Assembly: GCA_049325335.1 (NCBI GenBank)
Contig: JBMOMC010000043.1
Coordinates: 34,202-98,201 of the forward strand
DNA length: 64,000 nt
Origin: Nitrospirota bacterium
GTDB lineage: Bacteria; Nitrospirota; Nitrospiria; 2-01-FULL-66-17
Direction: 5' to 3'
The notes below the pieces were generated by a model. That model did not search any database. It worked only from the letters and a program-made list of their open reading frames with translations, and had not been told where the DNA came from. Position numbers and translations under genes: made by a program. How positions within the stretch are numbered: the first letter of the stretch is position 1; every line of letters begins with the position of its first letter. This document shows positions 1 to 8,692 of the stretch, piece after piece.

Positions 1-25
1 CGGGGCGTTGCATCGCAACGCCCCG
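1..25 (-). terminator. GC-rich hairpin downstream of the minus-strand nfuA copy (probable terminator)
   Basis: Perfect inverted repeat CGGGGCGTTGC-atc-GCAACGCCCCG. Any U-tract would lie outside the window. Confidence 0.5.
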
Positions 26-61
26 CCGGGAATCTGATCGAAGCTGACGCGCTATGCCGCG

Positions 62-679
62 TCAGTGGGCTTGGTAATACGGATTCGCGCCGTTGGCGTG
101 GTCGGTGATGTCGAGCACGTCTTTGATTTCGGGCACGGCTTTTTTGATCATGGTGGCCACGCCCTGCTTGAGGGTCACGTCGGCCATGCCGCAGCCGTGG
201 CACCCGCCGCCGAAGCGAACGAACACGATGTCGTCCCGGATATCGACGAGCGATACATAGCCGCCGTGGCCGGCCACCGCGGGATTCACTTGTTCGCGGA
301 TGATTTTCTGGACCGCGTCCGCCAGCGGACCAGTGGGCGGATTGGTCGGGATGTCCACGGTCGCGGGTTTGTACGGGCTGTCGATCTTAAAACCGCTCCC
401 GCTGGGGCCGGTGAGAAAATCGATGGTCGCGCCGTCTACAAACGTGGTGTTGTGTTTTTCCAGGAAAACCCGGATTCCGTCCACGTCGATGACGATGTCG
501 TTGACGTCGGGGGTGGATTTCTCCACCAGGCTCAATCCGTACGTCTGATTCCGGGTTCCGGCGTGTTTGACGATGAGGCGGAGGCCGTGCGCGGTGCGGC
601 CCTCGACATTGCTCATGGCCGCGAGAATGTGTTCACGAGCGGTCGCGGTCATGGTGATGATGGGCGATAGAGTCTGCAT
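62..679 (-). CDS. nfuA: Fe-S cluster biogenesis protein NfuA-like, copy 1 (Cys-less A-type carrier N-domain plus NifU-like C-domain)
   Basis: N-terminal HesB/IscA-like segment (VDGIRVFLE...FVDGATIDF...GFKI). C-terminal NPAVAGHGG...GGGCHGCGMADVTLKQG and TDH..G.NPYY. GGAGG upstream. Confidence 0.88.
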   Translation of the reverse strand: MQTLSPIITMTATAREHILAAMSNVEGRTAHGLRLIVKHAGTRNQTYGLSLVEKSTPDVNDIVIDVDGIRVFLEKHNTTFVDGATIDFLTGPSGSGFKIDSPYKPATVDIPTNPPTGPLADAVQKIIREQVNPAVAGHGGYVSLVDIRDDIVFVRFGGGCHGCGMADVTLKQGVATMIKKAVPEIKDVLDITDHANGANPYYQAH

Positions 680-831
680 AAACGGCCTCCCGTCACGTGG
701 TCATAAGGCTTGCATAATATCATAGGGTGAACGACACCGTCAGGAGGCGCTCGGTTGCAATCGTGGGCAGACACGCGCCGTTCGCCTATGGTAGGATGGA
801 GTCCGTATCGGATGACATTCGGAGGAGCGCC

Positions 832-1458
832 ATGTCCACAGTGACGATACCCACGGTGACGATCACCCAGACGGCACGCGAGCAGATTCTCGCCGCTATC
901 AATACGGAAGGCCGCACCGCGCAAGGCCTCCGCCTCATCGTTAAGCAGGCGGGCACGAGCAACCAGCAGTATGGCCTGAGCCTGGTCGAAAAATCCACCC
1001 CCGACGTGAACGACGTGGTCGTGGAGGTCGATGGCATCAAGGTGTTCCTCGAACGCAATAACACGCGGTTCGTGGACGGCGCCACCATCGATTACCTGAG
1101 CGGCCCCAATGGGAGCGGTTTTAAGATCGAGAGCCCGTACAAACCGCCCGTGCTGCCCGGTCTGCCCGGCACGCCGCCCACCGGTCCGCTGGCTGAGGCG
1201 GTCATAAAGGTCATTAACGAGCAGATCAACCCGGGCGTGGCGGGGCACGGCGGCCATGTCACGTTGGTGGACGTCAAAGACGATATTGCGTACGTCAAGC
1301 TCGGCGGAGGCTGCCAGGGCTGCGGCATGGCCGACGTGACGCTCAAGCAGGGCATTGTCGTGATGATCAAGAAAGCCGTCCCGACGATCAAAGACGTGCT
1401 CGACGTCACGGATCACGCGGGCGGCGCGAATCCGTACTACCAGCCGTCCAGTAAATAG
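832..1458 (+). CDS. nfuA: Fe-S cluster biogenesis protein NfuA-like, copy 2
   Basis: ATG at 832 after GGAGGA at 821-826. Motifs GGGCQGCGMADVTLKQG and TDHAGGANPYY. Colinear with copy 1. Confidence 0.88.
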   Translation: MSTVTIPTVTITQTAREQILAAINTEGRTAQGLRLIVKQAGTSNQQYGLSLVEKSTPDVNDVVVEVDGIKVFLERNNTRFVDGATIDYLSGPNGSGFKIESPYKPPVLPGLPGTPPTGPLAEAVIKVINEQINPGVAGHGGHVTLVDVKDDIAYVKLGGGCQGCGMADVTLKQGIVVMIKKAVPTIKDVLDVTDHAGGANPYYQPSSK

Positions 1459-1530
1459 CGGGTATTGATCCGGCGGCACGGGGGTCCTGACTCCGGCCGT
1501 GTTATGTTCTTCCCGGTTTCGTAGGGGCGT

Positions 1531-2802
1531 ATGGCCATACGCCCTGCACCATTTGGCCACATGACGTCCGTCCCCTCTCCCAAACGGCTCTTGCTCCTGA
1601 TGCCGGCCACGACGTATCGGTCGGCCGACTTCATGGACGCGGCCCACCGTCTCGGGGCGGATGTCGTGGTGGGATCCAATCTTCCGCAGATCCTCGAGGC
1701 ATTCTCGGACGGCAAGACCCTCACGCTCGACTTTGACGACCCGGCGCGGGCCATCGAGCAGATCCAGTCGGTTCCCCCGTTCGATGCGATCGTGCCGGTG
1801 GACGAGGAGGGCACGCTGCTGGCCGCGACGCTGGCTAACGCGCTCACACTTCCACACAACTCGATCGCCTCGGTCGAGGCCGCGCGCAACAAAGCCCTGT
1901 CCCGGCGCCTCTTCCACGACGCGGGGCTGCCCGTGCCGCGCTTCGAGGTCGTGGCGCTGGACCAAGAACCCCAATCAGCCGCTGCGCGCGTCGGATTTCC
2001 CTGCGTGGTCAAACCGCTCGTGCTTGCGGCGAGCCAGGGCGTGATCCGTGCAGACGATCGCCCCTTGTTGCGCGCCGCGGTCGAGCGTATCGCCGCAATC
2101 CTTGCCGACCGCACGATCCAAAAGCGCGGCCCCGCCGCCCGGCAAATCCTGATCGAAGCGTTCATCCCGGGTCGAGAGGTGGCGCTGGAGGGTCTATTGC
2201 GAAACGGGACCCTCGATGTCTTGGCGCTCTTTGACAAGCCCGACCCGCTCGACGGCCCCTTCTTCGAAGAGACGCTCTACGTCACGCCTTCGCGCCTGCC
2301 GAAGCCCGTCCAGGACGCGATCACTGCATGCACGGCGCGCGCGGCGTCGGCAATCGGCCTCTCCCACGGCCCGATCCACGCCGAGCTACGGATCAACGAT
2401 CAAGGCCCCTGGCTGCTCGAAGTCGCGGCGCGATCCATTGGCGGACTGTGTTCGCGCACGCTGCGCTTCGGCACCGGCCTCACGCTCGAGGAAATCATCA
2501 TTCGCCACGCGCTCGGCATGGACATCCCCAGCCTTGAGCGCGAACACCGCGCAGCCGGCGTCATGATGATCCCGATCCCCAAGGCAGGTAAACTCAGGGA
2601 CATCCGCGGGAAGGACCAGGCCAAAGCCGTCCCTGGCATCGAAGAGGTCACAATTATGATCCGGCGCGGCCAGCGGGTGGTGCCGTTGCCGGAGGGCAAG
2701 CGCTATTTGGGGTTTATCTTCGCCCGCGGCGAGTCGCCCGGGTTTGTCGAAGCCGCGCTCCGCGAAGCCCACCTCCGCCTGGCGTTCGACATCGAACCGT
2801 AA
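1531..2802 (+). CDS. ATP-grasp domain protein (amino-acid ligase-like)
   Basis: ARNKALSR, GFPCVVKP..LAASQGV, ILIEAFIPGRE, HAELRI...LLEVAAR..GG ATP-grasp motifs. Start could be 1561. Confidence 0.85.
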   Translation: MAIRPAPFGHMTSVPSPKRLLLLMPATTYRSADFMDAAHRLGADVVVGSNLPQILEAFSDGKTLTLDFDDPARAIEQIQSVPPFDAIVPVDEEGTLLAATLANALTLPHNSIASVEAARNKALSRRLFHDAGLPVPRFEVVALDQEPQSAAARVGFPCVVKPLVLAASQGVIRADDRPLLRAAVERIAAILADRTIQKRGPAARQILIEAFIPGREVALEGLLRNGTLDVLALFDKPDPLDGPFFEETLYVTPSRLPKPVQDAITACTARAASAIGLSHGPIHAELRINDQGPWLLEVAARSIGGLCSRTLRFGTGLTLEEIIIRHALGMDIPSLEREHRAAGVMMIPIPKAGKLRDIRGKDQAKAVPGIEEVTIMIRRGQRVVPLPEGKRYLGFIFARGESPGFVEAALREAHLRLAFDIEP

Positions 2803-2814
2803 CCCCGCCGCGCC

Positions 2815-4245
2815 CTAGATGGCCCGGTCGAATTGCCCTTCCGTCGGCTCAGCGCAACAAAACCACGGCTCGGTCAGCCGTGGAGGACGTGTTCGGTTCG
2901 GATCGGGCGAGACCGCCACGGGTCTTGGTTCTCGGTCCTCACGCAAAACGCGAGCCAGCTCGCGTAGGCGGGCGAACGTGACGGCCGGATCATCATCCCG
3001 CTCAGTCGTTTCTTCGACCTCGCGCTTCGCGTCGCGGTAGAGCCGGTCCATCCTTGGATCGGGATGGGTCCACTGATACGTGAACGACGGCGCGTCCAGC
3101 TTGCCGAGGTACGGGGTGATGGCAGGGTCGCGTTCCAGCAACGAGCCGGGAGGGACGAGGAGGCGGATCACGTACTGGATAGGGTCCACGGCGTCGATCA
3201 GGCCTTCGCGTTCGACGATGTCGAAGAGCTCGACGTAATCGTCCAGCGTGGCCCAGGGGGTAAAGGGTACGAGCGAGGGGCGCAGGACGATGCCGGTGTC
3301 GCGCAGGATCTTGAACGCGTCGAAGGCATCTGCGCGTGTGTGGCCTTTGTCGAGGTGCTGTAAGACCACGTCGTTGAACGATTCGACCGCCGAGACTACG
3401 AACAAGGCGCCAGATTTGGCGAACTCAGGCAACAGGTCGCGGTGCTTGAGGAGGTGTTCGACCTTTGCGGTGAAGTCGAACGTGAGCGAGGGGAAGCGCT
3501 CGTTCACCGCGGCCACCACTCGGCGCGCGTGAGTGGGGCCGTTTAAAAAATCGGCGTCGCCGAACGTGATGTGTTGGGCGCCGGCCTTGACCTGACTCGT
3601 AACGTCGTCGAGCACAGTTTCGACCGGCACCACGAAGAACTGGCCGTTGTACACGGGGGGGATAGGACAATGGCGGCAAAGGTGCTTGCAGCCGCGGCTC
3701 GCTTCCACGTAGCCGACTACGCGTTCTTCGCCGTTGACCTGAAGCTTCGCGTAGCGCTCTAGCCCGGGTAGGTCATCCCGACTTGGTGGGACAAACCGAA
3801 TCCGCGTGAGCACGGGACCGGCGACGCGGCCCTTGATATTCACGCCCGCGATGGCAAGCGGTTGCCCAGCGTCCAACGCCGTTACCAACTCAACGAGCGT
3901 CGCTTCGTACTCCCCGCCGATCACCGAATCCGCCACACCGTCGAGCAATGTCTCGGCGTTCAACGACGCGTACATCCCAAAGAAACAAATGTGGGCGTTC
4001 GGGTTCACTTCCCGAATGCGTGTTGCCACGCGTACGCCGAGCCGCAACGCGGTGTGCATGGGCACGCAGATGCCCACGAACCGCGCGCGCGCGACGTGCG
4101 CGGGATCGAGCCGGTCGACCGCCAGGTCCTGCGCCACCGGCCGATACCCCGCGGCCTCCAGAAACCCCAACGGCCACGCCACCCCGAGCGGCTGGTGCCC
4201 TAGCTCGTAGCAGGAAAGAAGAAGAATGTCCCCCCGTAGTTTCAC
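2815..4245 (-). CDS. CUAEP/CCAEP-tail radical SAM protein with N-terminal cobalamin-binding-like domain (Cys variant)
   Basis: SRGCKHLCRHCP (CxxxCxxC). C-terminal LTEPWFCCAEP with codons TGT TGC. GTG at 4245 overlaps the upstream gene's TGA (GTGA), so it is preferred to the track's 4314 start. Confidence 0.85.
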   Translation of the reverse strand: MKLRGDILLLSCYELGHQPLGVAWPLGFLEAAGYRPVAQDLAVDRLDPAHVARARFVGICVPMHTALRLGVRVATRIREVNPNAHICFFGMYASLNAETLLDGVADSVIGGEYEATLVELVTALDAGQPLAIAGVNIKGRVAGPVLTRIRFVPPSRDDLPGLERYAKLQVNGEERVVGYVEASRGCKHLCRHCPIPPVYNGQFFVVPVETVLDDVTSQVKAGAQHITFGDADFLNGPTHARRVVAAVNERFPSLTFDFTAKVEHLLKHRDLLPEFAKSGALFVVSAVESFNDVVLQHLDKGHTRADAFDAFKILRDTGIVLRPSLVPFTPWATLDDYVELFDIVEREGLIDAVDPIQYVIRLLVPPGSLLERDPAITPYLGKLDAPSFTYQWTHPDPRMDRLYRDAKREVEETTERDDDPAVTFARLRELARVLREDREPRPVAVSPDPNRTRPPRLTEPWFCCAEPTEGQFDRAI

Positions 4246-4976
4246 AAACTTGCAGGTTTTGCTGTAAACGGAAAATATGTTTGCTGCTGATCGTAGAATT
4301 TCTGCATCGAGCACTGGGCTTTGTCGGCGCGTTCGAGCGACTCTGCCAGCGTGTCCACGAGGCGGCCTGAGATCGCCGCCAGCATGAGCGACGGATCAAC
4401 GCCGGTGAACGTGCGCATACCGTTGCAACCGAACGAGAGCGCCACGTTGCCGTCACGTGACGCGATCGCCAACGCCGCGCAGGATGGGCGGCCGAAGAGG
4501 TTCGAGGCCACGTCGGCCTTCCACGCCACGTCTCCCGTGGCCTCGCGCATCAGCATCGCCTGCGCCGGGGTGAGCCAGAGCAGCACGAGGGCTGGCGGGA
4601 TCGGGAAGGTCGCGAGCGGGCCGTACAGCACGAGGTTTGACCCGGGCGGGAGCGATGGTAGGTGCTCGGCTTCTTTGGGGTCGATGTAGCCCACCTCGGT
4701 CATCAGGGTCAAGCCCCCCTCGAGCGCGGCCTTCGCCTCGGCGGTCAGTTCGAACCCCATGGTCATGGCCCCGATCGGGCACTGCATGTGGTCGGTGTCG
4801 CGCGCCACGAACAATCTACGTTCCGCATGCGTCCAGAAGCTGCACGCCGAGGGCGACACCCCTTCAAAAAACGGCACTCCGCGTGGCGTTTCGGTGATTG
4901 GCGCCAACGCTACGGGGGGCCGGGTTAACCGCAAGATCGTTTCGCACGCCTTTGCCGCATTCGTATACAACGTCAT
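4242..4976 (-). CDS. DUF169 family Cys-rich protein
   Basis: SACSFW, CPIGA...GF, LYGPL, LWLTPAQAM, RPSCA, SFGCNGMR pattern. GGAGG SD upstream. Confidence 0.75.
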   Translation of the reverse strand: MTLYTNAAKACETILRLTRPPVALAPITETPRGVPFFEGVSPSACSFWTHAERRLFVARDTDHMQCPIGAMTMGFELTAEAKAALEGGLTLMTEVGYIDPKEAEHLPSLPPGSNLVLYGPLATFPIPPALVLLWLTPAQAMLMREATGDVAWKADVASNLFGRPSCAALAIASRDGNVALSFGCNGMRTFTGVDPSLMLAAISGRLVDTLAESLERADKAQCSMQKFYDQQQTYFPFTAKPASL

Positions 4977-5023
4977 GTCAAGATCCTCCGGGTGAAAACA
5001 TCAATTGAGCGACGATTGTCCGG

Positions 5024-5053
5024 AGTATACGAAGCGCGTCATGGCGCTGTCTA
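5024..5053 (-). promoter_or_regulatory. sigma70-type promoter for the DUF169-radical SAM operon
   Basis: Minus strand TAGACA-N18-TATACT. Confidence 0.5.
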
Positions 5054-5144
5054 CGAGGGAGCCCGCTTCATGGCCGGATGGCGCGGTCTCGGTGGTGGAT
5101 ACTGTCAGGCGGTTTGCCCGGGAGGGCGCGTCGGCCCCCCCTGT

Positions 5145-6680
5145 TTACATCAGCCCCAACAACGGGCACAACACCCGCAGCGCGCCCCAGATCACGAAGA
5201 ATCCGATCACATCGAGCAGCACGCCCGCGCGAATCATGCGCCCTATCGGGACCAGGCCGGAACCGTAGACGATCGCATTGGGCGGGGTGGACACCGGCAA
5301 CATAAATCCGAAACTGGCACCAAGGCATGCGCCCAGCGCGGGCGGCAGGGCGCTCACTCCCGCGCTTTGCGCGATGGCGATCACCACCGGAATCACCATG
5401 GTGGCCGACGCCGTGTTCGACGTGAGCTCGCTTAATACGATTCCTATCGCAATGGCAAACCCCGTGATGGCCCACAACCCGTCAACGCCCAACCACGTCA
5501 CCGCGCCGCGGCCGATCGCCTCGGACAGCCCGGTTTTAAACATCAGGTCCCCGAGCGCCAACCCGCTCCCGAACAGGAGGATCGTGCCCCAGTCAATACG
5601 CTCGGCCTCGTCCCACGAGAGCGTGAAACGGCGAGCGGACCAATCCACCGGCAACACGAACAACAGTCCCGCGGCGAGCAGGGCGATCGTGCCTTCGGGC
5701 AGGTGCACGTCGTACCAGCGAGTCATGGGTGAATTGGTCCCCCCGATGAGGGTCAACGCGGCTGGGACGAGCCACAACGCAACGGCCACGCCGAACGCGA
5801 CGGCGGCGTTGCGTTCTCCCGGGGAGACGGGGCCGAGCGCCGCGCGTTGACGCGCGAGCGCCGCCGCCGCTCCCCGCAGGGCTCCGGCCGCGGGTCGGTG
5901 CAGCAGATATAGGAGGGCGAACAAGGCAAAAAAGGTGACGAGTACGATCGGCAGGCCGAACTGCATCCATTGTCCGAATCCGATCTCCACGCCAAGACGC
6001 TCCACGATCAGCCCTTTGCCGATCAAATTCGGCGGCGTGCCGATCAAAGTGCCGATGCCTCCGACCGAGGCCGCGTACGCGACCATCAACATGACGCCGG
6101 TGCTGTAGGGAGACGGCGCGCGCGCCACCGATCCTTCGTCTCCGGGGCCCCGCGCATCACTCAACGCGCCGAGCAGACCGACCGCGATCGGCAGCATCAT
6201 CGCGGCGGTGGCGGTGTTGCTGACCCACAGCGACAACCCCGCCGACAGGGTCCCGACCGCGAATAAGATCCGTCCGGGACTCTCTCCGATCACGCGGCGT
6301 GTCAGCACCCAAAACGCAATGCGGCGGTCCAGCCCGTGCACGATCATGGCTTCCGCGATCAAGAAGCTGCCGATGAACAGAAAGATCACCGGATGCGCGA
6401 ACGACGCAAACACGTCTTTGGCGCCCGCGATGCCCAGCAACACCACGGCGACCGGCGCGAGCAGCGCAGTCACGGCAATGGGGATCGGCTCGGTGATCCA
6501 GAAAATCACCACGCACGTGAGGATGGCCGCAAGCGCGTGGGCTGCTGAGGAGACGGGGAGTGGGAGCAGCCACAGGGTCAGGGCGGCCAGAGGCCCCAGG
6601 AGAAACCCCACCGTGGCCAGTCGTCCCCGTGATCCGGTGTCCGATGGAAGGGTGGGGTGGGGCACGCCGCAGAATACCAT
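5145..6680 (-). CDS. DASS/SLC13 family sodium-coupled anion (dicarboxylate/sulfate) symporter
   Basis: Two SNT motifs (SNTATAAMMLP, SNTASAT), TLIGTPPN, STPPNAIV and many TM helices. True start may be GTG at 6665. Confidence 0.9.
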   Translation of the reverse strand: MVFCGVPHPTLPSDTGSRGRLATVGFLLGPLAALTLWLLPLPVSSAAHALAAILTCVVIFWITEPIPIAVTALLAPVAVVLLGIAGAKDVFASFAHPVIFLFIGSFLIAEAMIVHGLDRRIAFWVLTRRVIGESPGRILFAVGTLSAGLSLWVSNTATAAMMLPIAVGLLGALSDARGPGDEGSVARAPSPYSTGVMLMVAYAASVGGIGTLIGTPPNLIGKGLIVERLGVEIGFGQWMQFGLPIVLVTFFALFALLYLLHRPAAGALRGAAAALARQRAALGPVSPGERNAAVAFGVAVALWLVPAALTLIGGTNSPMTRWYDVHLPEGTIALLAAGLLFVLPVDWSARRFTLSWDEAERIDWGTILLFGSGLALGDLMFKTGLSEAIGRGAVTWLGVDGLWAITGFAIAIGIVLSELTSNTASATMVIPVVIAIAQSAGVSALPPALGACLGASFGFMLPVSTPPNAIVYGSGLVPIGRMIRAGVLLDVIGFFVIWGALRVLCPLLGLM

Positions 6681-6717
6681 AGACCTACGATGCCTGAGCG
6701 TGGTTTAACAGACGCTC

Positions 6718-6780
6718 AGCAAAACTAATCTGTTGCTAATTGATGATATTTCATGATATCTATTTATCATTATTTACTTC
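6718..6780 (+). promoter_or_regulatory. AT-rich promoter/operator with degenerate 10-bp direct repeats
   Basis: Consecutive decamers from 6731: tgttgctaat, tgatgatatt, tcatgatatc, tatttatcat, tatttacttc. Also TTGATG-N19-TATCAT. Confidence 0.5.
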
Positions 6781-6794
6781 ATGGTGAGGTCGTT

Positions 6795-7520
6795 ATGTTT
6801 CCAGGACCAGGATTTGTCGGCAGACCACGGCCGCCGCGCAGTCGCCGACCCGGCGGGGATGTCTCAGCCTATCGCGAGATGCGTGAGGTGTTTGAACGTG
6901 CGGAAGCCGCGGCCAAGGACGCGGGGAGCGACGTCACCGCGGATCATCTTCTGCTGGGGATCTTTCAGGCCGCGGACCAGTCGGGCGCAACCGTGCTGCG
7001 CGATCTGGGGATCAGCGAATCGGACGTGGCGCGCGGCGCGGCGGAGCCGCGGCGCGGGACGCGGGCACGGTGGGGCGTCCAGCTTCAGCCGATTATCCAG
7101 GCCGCTGCGGAGGAAGCGTGGCAATTGGGCAGCCGCCTGACGCGCAGTGCCCACCTGCTCCTGGGTCTGGTTGTCGGCGGACAGGGGACGTTGCCGGGAC
7201 TCCTGGCCGCCCGCGGGGTCACGGTGGATGCGCTGCGCGTGCGCGTCCGCGAGGTGATCGCGGCCTCACCGCCGCCGTCCGCGCCCGCGCCAGCGGGTGC
7301 GCCGCGAACCGGGTCACCCGCGTTATCGCGCGAGCTGTTTACGGTGGAGCAGGCTGCGGACTTTCTCGGCATCCATCATCAGACGGTGCGCGGCTACATC
7401 AAGTCCGGCAAATTGCCCGCGTACCGCTTGGCCGGTGAAAAGGTCCTGCGCATCAAACGCGATGATTTGATGACCTTGCTCGAGCCGGTTGCGGTGGGCG
7501 ATGTCGGGGACGAAACGTGA
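6795..7520 (+). CDS. Clp-N (Clp repeat) domain fused to C-terminal excisionase/MerR-like HTH; putative transcription regulator
   Basis: Two Clp-N repeats (A..AA...G...T.DHLLLG...LRDLGI and AAEEA.QLG....SAHLLLGL...LAARGVT). C-terminal FTVEQAADFLGIHHQTVRGYIKSGKLPAYR. GAGGT SD before ATG 6795. Confidence 0.8.
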   Translation: MFPGPGFVGRPRPPRSRRPGGDVSAYREMREVFERAEAAAKDAGSDVTADHLLLGIFQAADQSGATVLRDLGISESDVARGAAEPRRGTRARWGVQLQPIIQAAAEEAWQLGSRLTRSAHLLLGLVVGGQGTLPGLLAARGVTVDALRVRVREVIAASPPPSAPAPAGAPRTGSPALSRELFTVEQAADFLGIHHQTVRGYIKSGKLPAYRLAGEKVLRIKRDDLMTLLEPVAVGDVGDET

Positions 7521-7558
7521 CCGTCACCCCGCCGTTGGGAGCACCGTAAGCCGGTGCC

Positions 7559-8692
7559 CTAGAACCGTTTGCCCAATGACTGGGCATAGCCCGTCAACTC
7601 CGCGTAGCCGTACCCGGAGACGACCGTGTCCCCGACCCGGCCCTTGACCGAGACGCTGCCCTCCCAGTACGTCACCCGGGTGCTGTGCGTCGTCACCAAT
7701 TCCTGGTCCGCGACCGTCGGCGTGATGGACAGTTCAATGTTCTGGTCGGGCACCGCAATGATCCAGCGACTGGGATACACGGTTCGGGTTTTCTGGCTGG
7801 TCCACGTGTCGCGGATCGAATACGTAAACGCCTCGATCGGCAGGTGGGTTGCGCGCCCATCCGCGGCGATCAACGTGCCGCTGGAGACCGGTTCCACGGT
7901 TCCGTCATTCCGACGCATGCGGTACAACATGAGGTCCATGCCGTTATCCAGGTGCAAGCCGAACCAATCCCAACCGATCTGATCGTCGGACAGTTGATTG
8001 GATCCGAACTCGTGGTCCATCCAGCTTAAACCTTTGACGGTCTCCAACCGTTTGTTGATCGTGAGCGTGCCGGTGGTATCCATTCTCGGGATTGAGTAGT
8101 AATGGGACGTTTGGGTTTTGCCGGGACCTTTCCGGCTCACCCCGTTCGGGCCGTGGATGATGGGCTCGCGCGTGGGTTTGAGGCGCAGCATGATCGAACG
8201 ATCTTCCGCGACCGCGGACAACACGATCACTCCGTCTTTTTCCTCCGCGAACCACGGGCCGTTCCAAACCTTGAGGCGTTTGGGGTCGGCGCCCGCGGCG
8301 CCGCCTCCCGGACGGGCCGTTTTTTCCGCGAACGCGAACGTTTTGTCGGTTTCGTCCGTGACCGCAAAATGGGCGAGGAAAACGTTTTTGAGCGCCCACT
8401 TCGAGGGGTTGTTGCGCACGCCGGCCGCGTCGATCCCGCGCCGGAAAAACGTGAGCTGATACCCGTAACTGCGCCCCGACTCCGCGGTAAGCCGCCCGGT
8501 GTAATACCACCATTCGGTCTGGTACGCGGGGTGGGGGCCGTGGTCGCGTGGAAACGCGTACCGATACCCCGGCGCCGCGATCGCAAAGTCCTTGGCGATC
8601 GCGGGCGGTGCGAGCCACCCGATGCCGACGCCGATCGTCAGCCATGTGCACAACATTCTCCGCCACGATGGCGCCATGGTGCCCTTATTCAT
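7559..8692 (-). CDS. AttH/CrtC-like lipocalin-fold secreted protein
   Basis: FPRDHGPHP.YQTEWWYYTG, WMDHEF, GWDWF, YWEG and GYAELTGY motifs. Signal peptide. Confidence 0.85.
   Translation of the reverse strand: MNKGTMAPSWRRMLCTWLTIGVGIGWLAPPAIAKDFAIAAPGYRYAFPRDHGPHPAYQTEWWYYTGRLTAESGRSYGYQLTFFRRGIDAAGVRNNPSKWALKNVFLAHFAVTDETDKTFAFAEKTARPGGGAAGADPKRLKVWNGPWFAEEKDGVIVLSAVAEDRSIMLRLKPTREPIIHGPNGVSRKGPGKTQTSHYYSIPRMDTTGTLTINKRLETVKGLSWMDHEFGSNQLSDDQIGWDWFGLHLDNGMDLMLYRMRRNDGTVEPVSSGTLIAADGRATHLPIEAFTYSIRDTWTSQKTRTVYPSRWIIAVPDQNIELSITPTVADQELVTTHSTRVTYWEGSVSVKGRVGDTVVSGYGYAELTGYAQSLGKRF

Noticed and set aside
1459..1530. RiPP precursor peptide for the ATP-grasp/radical SAM pair
   Set aside because: No credible small ORF was found here or in the other intergenic gaps of the cluster, so a RiPP interpretation is unsupported.
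2848..2862. Possible selenocysteine (UGA) in the radical SAM tail
   Set aside because: The codons are TGT TGC (Cys-Cys), so this is the CCAEP form and needs no recoding.
7330..7500. Excisionase-like HTH as evidence of a prophage or ICE
   Set aside because: It is fused to Clp-N repeats, and there are no integrase or phage genes nearby.
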